DNA of 64,000 bases from a bacterium (GCA_030704665.1 JAUYID010000009.1:729702-793701), one strand, 5' to 3'. Shown: positions 18,245 to 27,477, counted from the stretch's first letter. Translations and numbers: made by a program. Notes: generated by a model not told the origin, from the sequence alone.

Positions 18245-20500
18245 ATGCCCATAGGATCATTTGTCTCGGTACTCACAATTCTTATCTCATTAACCCTTAG
18301 TCTTTTGATTCTAATAAAGAATCCAAAAAGTCCTGTAAACTTATCCTTTGGAGCTTTCACATTATGTATCGTTACTTGGGTTCTAACAAATTTTCTTGCT
18401 GATCAGTCAAGTACCCCAGAAACAGCTTTATTTTGGGCAAGAGCAACAGTCTTAGGACCAGTAGTTCTGTCTCCTATTCTTCTGTTTTTCTCAGACGTAT
18501 ACCCAAAACCTCCGACAGTAATAAAACCTCTAGTTTGGGTTATTGCTACTATACCAACACTAATTCTTTTGCCTTTCATTCCAACCGCATTAAATATCTC
18601 CAAGGTAACATTTACAAACGCCGGCCAACAAACCGAAGTAGGACCTGTTTATTCTGCGATTGTTTTATTTATAGCAATATACGCATTAATTAGTTTAGCT
18701 AAACTTTATACAAAATATCGACGTTCTTATGGTTTACAAAAAATTCAACTTGCTTATCTATTGGGTGGGTTGTTTGCCACTCTCCTCTTTGCTTTAGTTA
18801 TGAGTGGAGTTCTACCTCTGTTTGGATTCTCTCAATTAATAAGTATCGCCCCTGCATCAACCTTAATACTAACTACTGCTGTAACCTACTCAATCATTCG
18901 TCATAGACTCCTGGATATCGAAATTATCATCCGTCGCTCACTTGTTTACTCATCTTTACTCTTTGTACTTGCCATAATTTATTCATCCCTTGTCTTTGTT
19001 TTGAATAGGTTATTTTTGCCGGAAGGTACGAGCTCTTTCCCGAGAATCACTGACTTACTAGCCATCATAGTTGTAGCTTTTACAGGTGACCCACTCAAAA
19101 GGTTTATTGAAAAAACCACTGACAAAATCTTTTTCAAGGCTAGGTACAATGCCGAAGAAACAATTTCCAATCTTGCAGAGGACATAAGCTCAATCATTGA
19201 CCTGGGCGAACTTCTTTTGGCTATCAAGAACAACCTAGCAGGATCAGTCAAAATGAGCAAATTTGCAGTTTATCTTCGCACTGATGGTCATTTTGAGAAG
19301 ATAGAGGTAGCTGATGGTTTCGACAACACTCTTGATACGATTGCTGAGCAAAAATATTTTCTGTCCGAAATACTTGAAAAATTTCCGCGTCTCTTAGTCA
19401 TGGAAGAAATCAAAAGTATGATCCAGGAACGGCGTGGTGTTTTTGATGAAAAGACCTTGGCCGCTTTCGAAGCTCTGGAAAAAAGTGGGGTGGCTGTGAT
19501 CGTTCCTCTGATCTCAAAGGACAAAATCACTGGTGCAGTTTTCCTTGGTGAAAAACTTTCCGGGGATCTCTACTCAAACGAAGATCTTAAGCTTCTGGAA
19601 ATTTTGGGTCGCCAAGCAGCCATCGCCATTGAGAACGCGAAACTTTATGATGAGCAGAAAAAGTTTGCCAGTAAACTCCAGATTGAAGTCAGCAAAGCCA
19701 CTGAAGATCTGCGAGCCGCCAACGACCGTCTCAAAGAACTCGATAAAGCCAAGGACGAATTCGTTTCGGTCGTTTCCCATGAACTTCGTACTCCAATGAC
19801 CGCAATAAAAAGTTACGTTTGGCTAGTTTTGAACGGTCGAGCCGGACCACTGAATACTCAAATGCAAAACTACCTTTTCAAGGTTTATGACAGCTCTGAG
19901 AGGCTCATCGGTATGATTAACGATGTCCTTGACGTCTCCCACATTGAGACTGGTCGGCTGAACATCGAGCTTGAACCAGTTTCTCTGATCAAAGTTGCCC
20001 AAGATGTGACTGATACCCTCGCCGAGCAAGCACGAGAACTAAAAATTGAAACAGTCATTGATAAAGATAGTACCGTACCCCTTGTCTCAGCTGACATTCA
20101 AAAACTTAACGAAATTTTTACCAACCTTATCGGCAATGCCCTGAAGTTTACTCGAGCCGGAGGAAAGATCACAGTTTCTTTCCAAAAAAACGCTGGTAAT
20201 ATTGAAACCTCAGTTGCCGATACCGGTATTGGAATTAGAAAAGATGATTTGCCCAAACTTTTTAGCAAGTTTGGCCGTTTGCAAAAAAGCTACGCCACTA
20301 TGGCAACCTCAGGTGGAAGTGGACTCGGGCTTTATATCACCAAAAACTATATTGAACTCATGCACGGAAAAATCTGGGCCAATAGTGTTGAGGGCAAAGG
20401 AACCACCTTCACTTTTTCTCTTCCAATCTCTAAATCTCAGAAACCGGTCGAACATGACCCAAGTACCCTAATGCTCCAGGGAATGCTCAAAAAACGCTAA
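18245..20500 (+). CDS. Sensor histidine kinase (N-terminal 7TM-type sensor, GAF, HisKA, HATPase)
   Basis: Multiple TMs; GEKLSGDLYSNEDL..QAAIAIENA GAF; SHELRTP; NLIGNALKFT, DTGIGI, GSGLGL. Confidence 0.95.
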   Translation: MPIGSFVSVLTILISLTLSLLILIKNPKSPVNLSFGAFTLCIVTWVLTNFLADQSSTPETALFWARATVLGPVVLSPILLFFSDVYPKPPTVIKPLVWVIATIPTLILLPFIPTALNISKVTFTNAGQQTEVGPVYSAIVLFIAIYALISLAKLYTKYRRSYGLQKIQLAYLLGGLFATLLFALVMSGVLPLFGFSQLISIAPASTLILTTAVTYSIIRHRLLDIEIIIRRSLVYSSLLFVLAIIYSSLVFVLNRLFLPEGTSSFPRITDLLAIIVVAFTGDPLKRFIEKTTDKIFFKARYNAEETISNLAEDISSIIDLGELLLAIKNNLAGSVKMSKFAVYLRTDGHFEKIEVADGFDNTLDTIAEQKYFLSEILEKFPRLLVMEEIKSMIQERRGVFDEKTLAAFEALEKSGVAVIVPLISKDKITGAVFLGEKLSGDLYSNEDLKLLEILGRQAAIAIENAKLYDEQKKFASKLQIEVSKATEDLRAANDRLKELDKAKDEFVSVVSHELRTPMTAIKSYVWLVLNGRAGPLNTQMQNYLFKVYDSSERLIGMINDVLDVSHIETGRLNIELEPVSLIKVAQDVTDTLAEQARELKIETVIDKDSTVPLVSADIQKLNEIFTNLIGNALKFTRAGGKITVSFQKNAGNIETSVADTGIGIRKDDLPKLFSKFGRLQKSYATMATSGGSGLGLYITKNYIELMHGKIWANSVEGKGTTFTFSLPISKSQKPVEHDPSTLMLQGMLKKR

Positions 20501-20501
20501 A

Positions 20502-20771
20502 ATGAAGCTCTATCTGGATACGACTGTCAGCAAACAAGCAACTGTAACCCTCTTCAATGGAGACAAGAAGATTGATGAAAGAACCGCTACCTCGCCACTA
20601 CCCGCAATTGACTTCTTGGTAAAAAAACACAAACTCAATCTTTCTACCTTGGAATTTGAAATGAATGAAGGACCGGGCTCTTTCACCGGTCTTCGGGTCG
20701 GAGCTGCAGTAGTCAACACCATCAATTGGTTTAAGGGTAAAAAGAAACTTTTTTCTCCAAAATACGAGTGA
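20502..20771 (+). CDS. tsaB: Short TsaB-like protein (N-terminal half only)
   Basis: LYLDT, GPGSFTGLRVG. Confidence 0.8.
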   Translation: MKLYLDTTVSKQATVTLFNGDKKIDERTATSPLPAIDFLVKKHKLNLSTLEFEMNEGPGSFTGLRVGAAVVNTINWFKGKKKLFSPKYE

Positions 20772-21599
20772 TTAGCGGGCTATGGTGACCAGAAGAAGGG
20801 CTACTCCAACCACCAAACGGTAAACTACAAAGACACGAAAACTATTTTTTTGAACAAAGCTGAGAAGAAATTTTATCGCGATCCAGCCAGAAACAGCCGA
20901 GGCAAGGCTTCCAACCAAAAAAATATCAAAGTGATCTCCAAAGCCACCCTCTTTGATGATGTCTTTGAATTTAAAGAGCGAGGCTCCAACAATAATTGGG
21001 GTGGAAAGCAAAAAGGAAAATCTAGTTGCTGCCTCCCTGTCCAAGCCAGCTAGCAAACCGGCGGTGATAGTAATCCCACTGCGTGAAACCCCGGGAATCA
21101 GAGCAAGCACTTGGGCAAACCCCACTGCCAAAGAATCTCGCAGAGTAACCTTCTCAACCTTCCTCTTTCCTATTCGAGAATCAGCCCAATAAAGCACCAG
21201 AGCAAAGATTATCACTACTGAGGTAATCAGCACCATGTCTTTCCTGAAACTGTTTTCGACAATATTTTCAAGAAAGACTCCGGCAATAGCCGCTGGAATC
21301 GAGCCAAGCGCCAGTAGCAAAAAGAGTCTGCTTTCCGTTTCTTGCCAAATCTTTTTTGTCCCCCCAGGCAAATTTCTTAGAAAAGATAAAAACAACCTTA
21401 CCCAATCCCGCCAAAAAAAGCCGATCACCGCTAGACTAGTCCCAATATGCAAAGCTAAATCAAACGGTAGGGAAGCCACCACCCCTTGCCAACCAAAAAA
21501 CCAAGGTACCACAATCAAGTGCGCCGTAGAAGAAATAGGAAGAAACTCGGTCATACCCTGGATGAAGCCCAAAATGACAGCTTGGAAGATTTCAACCAT
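20772..21599 (-). CDS. uppP: Undecaprenyl-diphosphate phosphatase
   Basis: QGMTEFLPISSTAHL, LIPGVSRSGIT, RFSFLLS. Confidence 0.96.
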   Translation of the reverse strand: MVEIFQAVILGFIQGMTEFLPISSTAHLIVVPWFFGWQGVVASLPFDLALHIGTSLAVIGFFWRDWVRLFLSFLRNLPGGTKKIWQETESRLFLLLALGSIPAAIAGVFLENIVENSFRKDMVLITSVVIIFALVLYWADSRIGKRKVEKVTLRDSLAVGFAQVLALIPGVSRSGITITAGLLAGLDREAATRFSFLLSTPIIVGASLFKFKDIIKEGGFGDHFDIFLVGSLASAVSGWIAIKFLLSFVQKNSFRVFVVYRLVVGVALLLVTIAR

Positions 21600-22239
21600 A
21601 ATTCTCTCCTACCAAAATCAGATTTCCAGTTTCAGCAAAGGCGGGACCGGATTTTTTGTTGACAACTCTAAAATAGCGAGCGAAAGCTTGCTCAAAACTC
21701 TTTATTTCCTTTTTGGAATCATAAATCCTATTCATGACGAGTCTTCCTCCACTTTTCAACAGTTTCCCCAACTTTTCCATAAAGTCTTTATCAAAAACAA
21801 AGCTCGGTACTTTGTCGCCGACGAAAAGATCCAAAATAATCAGATCGTAACTATTTTTGGCTGTTTTAACAAAGCTTCTTGCGTCTCCCACAAAGACGTT
21901 TACTTTTGCTTTCTCAAGATAAAAGAATCTTTTTCCCAAATCAATCATGAGAGGATCTATTTCCACCCCATCAATGATTGTTTCCGGATATTTTTTGCGT
22001 AGTGATAGTGCAACAGTCCCGGCTGACATCCCCAAAAGCAAAACTCTGTTTCCAGTTTTGAGTGGTACTGAGTGGGCAAGCGCGTTCCAATAGAACTCAC
22101 TTTCACCGTTGTCCTTGACGCTGCGCGATTGAACAAAACCAGAAGCGGACAGTTTCCGAACCCCCAGAATCTCAAAAACTTTGATTTCGCCGTTGAAGGG
22201 GGACTCGCCTTCAAAGAGTATCTTTGCCCAAAAATTCAC
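21592..22239 (-). CDS. Spermidine-synthase-like SAM methyltransferase
   Basis: VLLLGMSAG, VEIDP, GDARSF, YDLIILD. Confidence 0.8.
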   Translation of the reverse strand: MNFWAKILFEGESPFNGEIKVFEILGVRKLSASGFVQSRSVKDNGESEFYWNALAHSVPLKTGNRVLLLGMSAGTVALSLRKKYPETIIDGVEIDPLMIDLGKRFFYLEKAKVNVFVGDARSFVKTAKNSYDLIILDLFVGDKVPSFVFDKDFMEKLGKLLKSGGRLVMNRIYDSKKEIKSFEQAFARYFRVVNKKSGPAFAETGNLILVGENYG

Positions 22240-23440
22240 GCAACACCTCAGGAACTTTGACCGAACCGTCTTTTTGCTGATAATTTTCTAAAATAGCGAT
22301 TGGTGTTCGACTCATCGCGATTGCCGTTCCGTTGAGGGTATGAACAAACTCAGTTTTCTTCCCATCTTTAGTCCGATACTTAATCCCCAACCTCCGTGCT
22401 TGGTAATCAGTAGTATTCGAGGTTGACGTTAGTTCACGATAAGTCTCATCAAGCGGAGAGTAATATTCAAAATCATATTTTAAAACTGCTGGAGCACTCA
22501 TCTCACCACTGGCAATATTCACAATTCGGTAGGGAATCTTCAACGCCTGATAAATCTCCTCCTCAACTGCAATAATCTCCTTAAACTCTTTTTCTGAGTC
22601 AGCTGGTTTGGCAAATTTGAAGATTTCCACTTTATCAAACTGATGAACCCGGTAAATCCCTTTCGCGTACTTACCATAGGTTCCTGATTCTTTCCGAAAA
22701 GAGCTACTGAAACCAGCATAATTTAGAGGTAGGTCTTCCTCATTTAGAATTTGCTCAGCATGCATACCGGCGAGAGGAATTTCTGCTGTCGCAATTAAGT
22801 ACAAGTCCTCATTTTCCACCTTATAGAGGTCAGGTTCTTCCCGCTTTGGTAAATAGCCGGTGCCCTGAATAAACTTTTGGAGAGCCAGCTCCGGAGTAAT
22901 TACTGGATGAAAACCTTTTTTTACCAAAAACTGCATGACCCAATTCACTAGGGCGAGCTCTAAAAGGGCACCGCCGTCTTTTAAATAGTAGAATCCACGC
23001 CCCCCAATCTTTGTTCCAGCCTCAAAATCGATAATTCCCAGCTTCTCTGCTATTTGCACGTGATCGATAATCTTGAAATCTCTTTTCTCGATCTCTCCCC
23101 AACGCTTTATCTCAACGTTAGATTCCTCTGTAGCACCATCTGGAACCGACTTGTCCAAAAGATTTGGGACTTGGTCAAGTAAGTCTCTAAACTCCTCTTT
23201 CACCGCTGCCAATGCTGCCTCTTGTTTGGTTAAGTGAACCTTGATTTTCTTACCCTTCTCAATATCCTTATCTTTTGCAAACTGGTTTTTTTGACTACGC
23301 AGATTATCTACTTCAACTATCAAATCGCTACGTGCTTTGTCAACTCTCAAAAGACGGTCGAGATCAAACTCATAGCGCCGTTTTTTTAGAGTTTCTCTAA
23401 TAAGATTTTGGTTGTCCCGAACGAATTTAATATCGAGCAT
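22211..23440 (-). CDS. serS: Serine--tRNA ligase
   Basis: MLDIKFVR, LIATAE, FRKESG, RVHQFDKVE, HTLNGT. Confidence 0.97.
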   Translation of the reverse strand: MLDIKFVRDNQNLIRETLKKRRYEFDLDRLLRVDKARSDLIVEVDNLRSQKNQFAKDKDIEKGKKIKVHLTKQEAALAAVKEEFRDLLDQVPNLLDKSVPDGATEESNVEIKRWGEIEKRDFKIIDHVQIAEKLGIIDFEAGTKIGGRGFYYLKDGGALLELALVNWVMQFLVKKGFHPVITPELALQKFIQGTGYLPKREEPDLYKVENEDLYLIATAEIPLAGMHAEQILNEEDLPLNYAGFSSSFRKESGTYGKYAKGIYRVHQFDKVEIFKFAKPADSEKEFKEIIAVEEEIYQALKIPYRIVNIASGEMSAPAVLKYDFEYYSPLDETYRELTSTSNTTDYQARRLGIKYRTKDGKKTEFVHTLNGTAIAMSRTPIAILENYQQKDGSVKVPEVLREFLGKDTL

Positions 23441-23441
23441 T

Positions 23442-23469
23442 GTTTAGGGTACAGGGTTTAGGGTTTAGC
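23442..23469. repeat. Degenerate 7-mer array (GTTTAGG)x4
   Basis: gtttagg gtacagg gtttagg gtttagc. Confidence 0.8.
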
Positions 23470-23826
23470 TCCTTTTAAGTTCGAAATCATTTTATTCAGC
23501 ATTTTTCTAGTTTCTTCTAATAGATTGGTGGCTTTAGAATAATCCAATTTTTTGGTTTGTTCAAGTTTTTCTGCGATTATTAGTTGGGTTTCTACTTCAG
23601 ACGAAGATGCAAACGCAACTCTGAGGAATTGTATATACTCTGCTTTGTGACCTCTTTGATAGCCTTCCGCGATATTTGAAGGAATAGCCACTGCCGCTCT
23701 TCGTAACTGACTTACCAATCCGTAGGTTTCCTCTTTCGGGAATTTGGCTGTGAGTTTATAGATTTCCTCAACAAGTTCAATTGAACGTTGCCAAACCGTA
23801 AGTTCTTTGTAAGAAGTTAAAGTCAT
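23458..23826 (-). CDS. Four helix bundle protein (23S rRNA IVP / S23 / bAvd-like family)
   Basis: SYKELTVWQ, FPKEETYGLVSQLRRAAVAIPSNIAEG, FLRVAFASSSEVETQL. Confidence 0.93.
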   Translation of the reverse strand: MTLTSYKELTVWQRSIELVEEIYKLTAKFPKEETYGLVSQLRRAAVAIPSNIAEGYQRGHKAEYIQFLRVAFASSSEVETQLIIAEKLEQTKKLDYSKATNLLEETRKMLNKMISNLKGAKP

Positions 23827-23830
23827 CTTT

Positions 23831-23865
23831 TCTACACCCTAAACGCTAATCCCTACTCCCTATAA
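23831..23865. repeat. Degenerate 7-mer array (CCTAAAC)x5, inverted relative to 23442-23469
   Basis: tctacac cctaaac gctaatc cctactc cctataa. Confidence 0.7.
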
Positions 23866-24057
23866 TTCAAGTATTTCTTTGGCTTCGGCAATGTATTCTT
23901 CTGGGACAATGACGGTACGACTCAGCTCAACACCAAAAACCCCGGTCGATGAGGTTTCACTTCCAACTCGAGCCGGAATACCGGCATTTTTCAGCCTTTC
24001 AACTAGCATCAGGGCCACTTTATTGTCGAAGGCGGTTGTCACCACTCGCTCACTCAT
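23860..24057 (-). CDS. DUF2007-like small protein
   Basis: ALMLVERLKNAGIPA...VIVPEEYIAEAKEIL. Confidence 0.7.
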   Translation of the reverse strand: MSERVVTTAFDNKVALMLVERLKNAGIPARVGSETSSTGVFGVELSRTVIVPEEYIAEAKEILEL

Positions 24058-25591
24058 ACTGTTTTTTTAAGGCTTTTCTAGCTTTAGATTTATCAGAAAT
24101 TATTAAGGCTGAAACTTTTGGTCCGTGATCATCTCCAATTAAAGCTTGATACGTACTTGTGAAAGCTTCTTTTGGCTGTAAATCATTTTCCTTTGCTATC
24201 TGAAAGATGCGTTTCTGCAGTTCCTCCTCAGTCCAGTCTTTATCTAAGTCTCTATCAAGATCTTTAAAGTATTTTTTCACTCGCTCACTAAAAGTGAGTT
24301 TTTCTTGCTCTTTAACCTCAATTACCCTCTGCTCTTTTTTTGCAAACCTTTCGAGCCAGATTTTGGCGTAACGCGCTCTTCTATCCAAGTCTTCTTTGTC
24401 CTCTTTTGTTAAACCTGAACCCTTAGCTTTTTCTGCTTCAGCTTCTATGTTTATATTTGGTTGGCGCAGCCAATTGGCCAAAGTAATAAACCGTGGAATG
24501 AAAACCTTGACCGGTTTCCCAATATGGCCGGCTTCAAAAGTCCGTCCCAAGTCAGACTCTGGATCTGCAAAATAAGCTTCCCGGGCTCGATCGTACTCGT
24601 CAAACAAATTGGGAATAGTATCCGAATGAGTGGGATCAAAATCAATCGCCACTCGAGGGTGATAGCGGGCGTTTAAAAATCTGAGTACGCTAGCAGGTAA
24701 CACTTCCGCAACAGCAGCTGCGGAAGCTCCTAAACCTTTGGAAGAACTCATTTTTTTACCCCCAAAAAGAAAGTGCTCGTAGGCAAGATCTTCCGGCGGT
24801 TCAATTTTGAAAATCTCCCGAGCAATATGATTGCCGATATCACGCGAGCCGCCTTTGGAGGTGTGGTCTTTGCCTGAGCCCTCGAAGCCAACCTGATTAA
24901 CCAACCATTTACTCGGCCACTCCACTTTCCAAGGCATTTTGCCTTTACCGCCAAAGGGACTCACTTTCCCCTCATACCCACAGCCTACCGCCCACTCAAC
25001 CATGTCTTTTTCACAAACGTAACTGACTTGCTTCCCGTCCCAAAAGTAAACTCTCGTCGTGCCGATCCTGCCGCAATTTTCGCACACCGGCTGAAAAGGA
25101 AACCAATCTTTTTTCTTTTCAGAACCAGAAACCCGCTGGTAAATTTCCTGAATTTCAGGGGCCTTATCAAGAACAATTTTTATTGCTTGATCGAGCCTTC
25201 CCGAGGCGTACATATCCTTGTAAGACCAAACGATTTCTGGTTCGGCACCAAGAGAATTGAAAACTTTCAAAAAGTCTTTGGCGTAGTAGTCTGCGTAACT
25301 GGTGTAACCTCTTTGCGGAGAAGGGACGTCTTTGAGAGGAAAACCCATGTATTTTTCATATTTTTCTTTATCCAAGTAAATCGGAAGACCGTCCATTGGA
25401 TCAAAGTCATCAAAGTGATAAGTATAGCGAGCCTTTTTGCCTAGTTTTAGTAGGGATTTGTAAACAAAATCGTGGATGAGAACTCCCCGCAAAGAACCAA
25501 CGTGAACTTTCCCAGAGGGGGTTTTTGCATCGTTAACCAGAATCGGTTCTTTTCTTTTTGTTTCTTTGGCAACAATGTCAGCCCAAAACAT
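24050..25591 (-). CDS. lysS: Lysine--tRNA ligase, class I
   Basis: TPSGKVHVGSLRG, DDFDPMD, CENCG, WKVEWP, GKDH, KMSSSKG. Confidence 0.96.
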   Translation of the reverse strand: MFWADIVAKETKRKEPILVNDAKTPSGKVHVGSLRGVLIHDFVYKSLLKLGKKARYTYHFDDFDPMDGLPIYLDKEKYEKYMGFPLKDVPSPQRGYTSYADYYAKDFLKVFNSLGAEPEIVWSYKDMYASGRLDQAIKIVLDKAPEIQEIYQRVSGSEKKKDWFPFQPVCENCGRIGTTRVYFWDGKQVSYVCEKDMVEWAVGCGYEGKVSPFGGKGKMPWKVEWPSKWLVNQVGFEGSGKDHTSKGGSRDIGNHIAREIFKIEPPEDLAYEHFLFGGKKMSSSKGLGASAAAVAEVLPASVLRFLNARYHPRVAIDFDPTHSDTIPNLFDEYDRAREAYFADPESDLGRTFEAGHIGKPVKVFIPRFITLANWLRQPNINIEAEAEKAKGSGLTKEDKEDLDRRARYAKIWLERFAKKEQRVIEVKEQEKLTFSERVKKYFKDLDRDLDKDWTEEELQKRIFQIAKENDLQPKEAFTSTYQALIGDDHGPKVSALIISDKSKARKALKKQYE

Positions 25592-25644
25592 GAACCTAGT
25601 ATATATGAAGTTGAGCTTGGTTGCAAAGGAAGAAAGTGGGGGTA

Positions 25645-25698
25645 GGGACTCACGTCGGTAGACAGGGTCGAACAGACCGTCTAGCCAACATGAGTCCC
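25645..25698 (-). terminator. Long imperfect hairpin after 25723..26265
   Basis: GGGACUCA UGUUGG C UAGAC GGUC / GACC CU GUCUA CCGACG UGAGUCCC; U-G pairs work only on the minus strand. Confidence 0.6.
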
Positions 25699-25722
25699 CT
25701 TTGTGGTGAGTGTCATGGTCGA

Positions 25723-26265
25723 TCAGGCTCCAGCTGCCAACTCCGTCAGGTGAAGATGAGCTCGAACGAAATCGAAACCCTCCTGAGCAGAGCGGACATA
25801 GGTAACCTTGCCTTGAGCTGCCGTCTCTTCTCGGATCAAATCCACCGCCCTACCTCCAATGTCGAAGACTACTGTCGGCTTGTCCTTATCAGTAGCCTTC
25901 AAAGCCTCGGCGTAAGTCTTGCTTTCTCCAGGCAAGACCAGTACCACCTTTGACTCTTCGATCTGGTTGGTATTACGATGGTCGCGATCCTTCGTAGAAG
26001 GAACGATGGTTGGGCCCAGCTGCAAGAACGATGGTTCTAGCATTTCCCGGGTAATGCCGACGGGAAGTTCGATCAGAACCTGAACGTTTCGATTCGACGA
26101 AGAAAGCAGCCCCTCACACAATGCATGGACAACCTCTCCCTTGGTTGGACCCAAGCGAAGCAGCCAAGGCATGGGTGCAAGGTAAACACCCAACTGTCGG
26201 ATGATCGACCGCTGTCTCGAATGAAGCACCAAACTCTCACCACCCGCAATGAAAAGCGCGTCCAT
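25723..26265 (-). CDS. Divergent SLOG/LOG-like Rossmann protein (tentative)
   Basis: RNTNQIEESKVVLVLPGESKTYAEA...KPTVVF resembles the SLOG core; GAGGAG SD. Confidence 0.5.
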   Translation of the reverse strand: MDALFIAGGESLVLHSRQRSIIRQLGVYLAPMPWLLRLGPTKGEVVHALCEGLLSSSNRNVQVLIELPVGITREMLEPSFLQLGPTIVPSTKDRDHRNTNQIEESKVVLVLPGESKTYAEALKATDKDKPTVVFDIGGRAVDLIREETAAQGKVTYVRSAQEGFDFVRAHLHLTELAAGA

Positions 26266-26360
26266 TGGTTTTCTCCTCTCTCTGACGCGGCTGCGGGTTT
26301 ATGGATAGGTATTCTAACATATTTAGCTTTAATTTCAACTTACAAGGAAGCAAACAGGGA

Positions 26361-26912
26361 TTAGGCGGTGTGGATTGAGGCAGAAGCGTGGGTTTGGGGA
26401 GAGTTTTCCATAAGGTGAAGAAACTCAAGCATGTTTTTTACACTTTTAGCCAAAAAAACTTTGCTTCCTGTCTTGGGAAGCATTCGTACAATAGCAGAAA
26501 CTGGACCTGATTTATCAAGGACAGCTACTGGTTTTTTATAATCCAAAATTGCATTGATAATTTCAGAAACAGTGGCATCGGCCCCACCAATGACGGCGAG
26601 CGCGTCACAAAGTTTGATTTGGATGAGATTTCGGCTTGGATAATCTACCCCGGTCTGAACAACGATGTCAGCTCCCTGGGCCAATTCTTCCCCAACTCTC
26701 TTCATTTCTATTAAATCTGGTAGATAAAATATCGATTTGCCATGACTCGGAACCGAGTTAAAACCTTCCAATACAAAACGGGCCACTCCTGTACCAGAAC
26801 CAAGAACCACGTCGAAGCCTGACTCGGCAAGGAGTTTCCCTAGCAAACGGGATTCTTTGGCGAAAAGATTTGCTTTGTGATTTTCCCAGCTACCACAAAC
26901 AAGCACTTTCAT
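26361..26912 (-). CDS. SLOG/LOG family protein
   Basis: KVLVCGS, LGKLLAESG..VLGSGTG, SRNLIQIKLCDALAVIGG..TVSE..KKPV. Confidence 0.75.
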   Translation of the reverse strand: MKVLVCGSWENHKANLFAKESRLLGKLLAESGFDVVLGSGTGVARFVLEGFNSVPSHGKSIFYLPDLIEMKRVGEELAQGADIVVQTGVDYPSRNLIQIKLCDALAVIGGADATVSEIINAILDYKKPVAVLDKSGPVSAIVRMLPKTGSKVFLAKSVKNMLEFLHLMENSPQTHASASIHTA

Positions 26913-26920
26913 AAGTGAAG

Positions 26921-27418
26921 CTAGTTTATCGCTTTGATGCGGTAATGTAAAGTAGCATACGGCGTAGTGACATCGACTTCGTCACCGACCTTGAGGCCAA
27001 TCAGAGCTTTACCAACTGGAGATTCATGGGAAATCCGACCGCTCTCTGGCTCAGCTTCCATCGTTCCAACGATGTGATAAGTATCTCGATCACCGTCTAT
27101 CTCAACTGTCACACTTGAACCAATCTGGACCATCCCAAGATGGGTTTCTTCGATGACTTCACTTCTCTTGAGAATAGATTCAATTTCGAGAATTCTTCCT
27201 TCAGTAAAAGACTGTTCATCACGAGCAGTGTCATACTCTGAGTTTTCGCTGATATCCCCATATTCCCTTGCCTTGGCGATTCTTTCGGTAACTTCTTTTC
27301 TTTTGACATTTTTCAAATGATCAAGCTCTTCTTTGAGCTTGGCTAAGCCTTCGCCGGTGAGATAAACTTTTTCAGCTAAGTCTTTGTTAATTATTTCCTC
27401 TGAAGTAGAATTTTTCAT
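26921..27418 (-). CDS. greA: Transcription elongation factor GreA
   Basis: YLTGEG, AREYGDISENSEYD, ISHESPVGKALIG. Confidence 0.96.
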   Translation of the reverse strand: MKNSTSEEIINKDLAEKVYLTGEGLAKLKEELDHLKNVKRKEVTERIAKAREYGDISENSEYDTARDEQSFTEGRILEIESILKRSEVIEETHLGMVQIGSSVTVEIDGDRDTYHIVGTMEAEPESGRISHESPVGKALIGLKVGDEVDVTTPYATLHYRIKAIN

Positions 27419-27447
27419 AATTTTAATTTTGCTTTTCCTTTCTTAGA

Positions 27448-27477
27448 AAACGCAAAAGTCCCCAATCTCGGGGACTT
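27448..27477 (-). terminator. Intrinsic terminator within greA 5' leader
   Basis: AAGTCCCC-GAGATT-GGGGACTT then TTGCGTTTT, downstream of TTGACA at 27573-27578 (minus). Confidence 0.65.

Noticed and set aside
20502-20771. tsaB pseudogene
   Set aside because: Clean start and stop, intact GPGSFTGLR motif and tight packing with neighbours; more likely a naturally minimal form
23458-23826. Diversity-generating retroelement suggested by the Avd-like gene and the 133-bp repeat
   Set aside because: No reverse transcriptase in the window; the repeat copies are identical, lie 5' in the genes and show no adenine-specific mismatches
11986-25698. Integron attC sites at the orphan-gene hairpins
   Set aside because: No RYYYAAC/GTTRRRY boundaries, no integrase, and the genes are dispersed rather than arrayed
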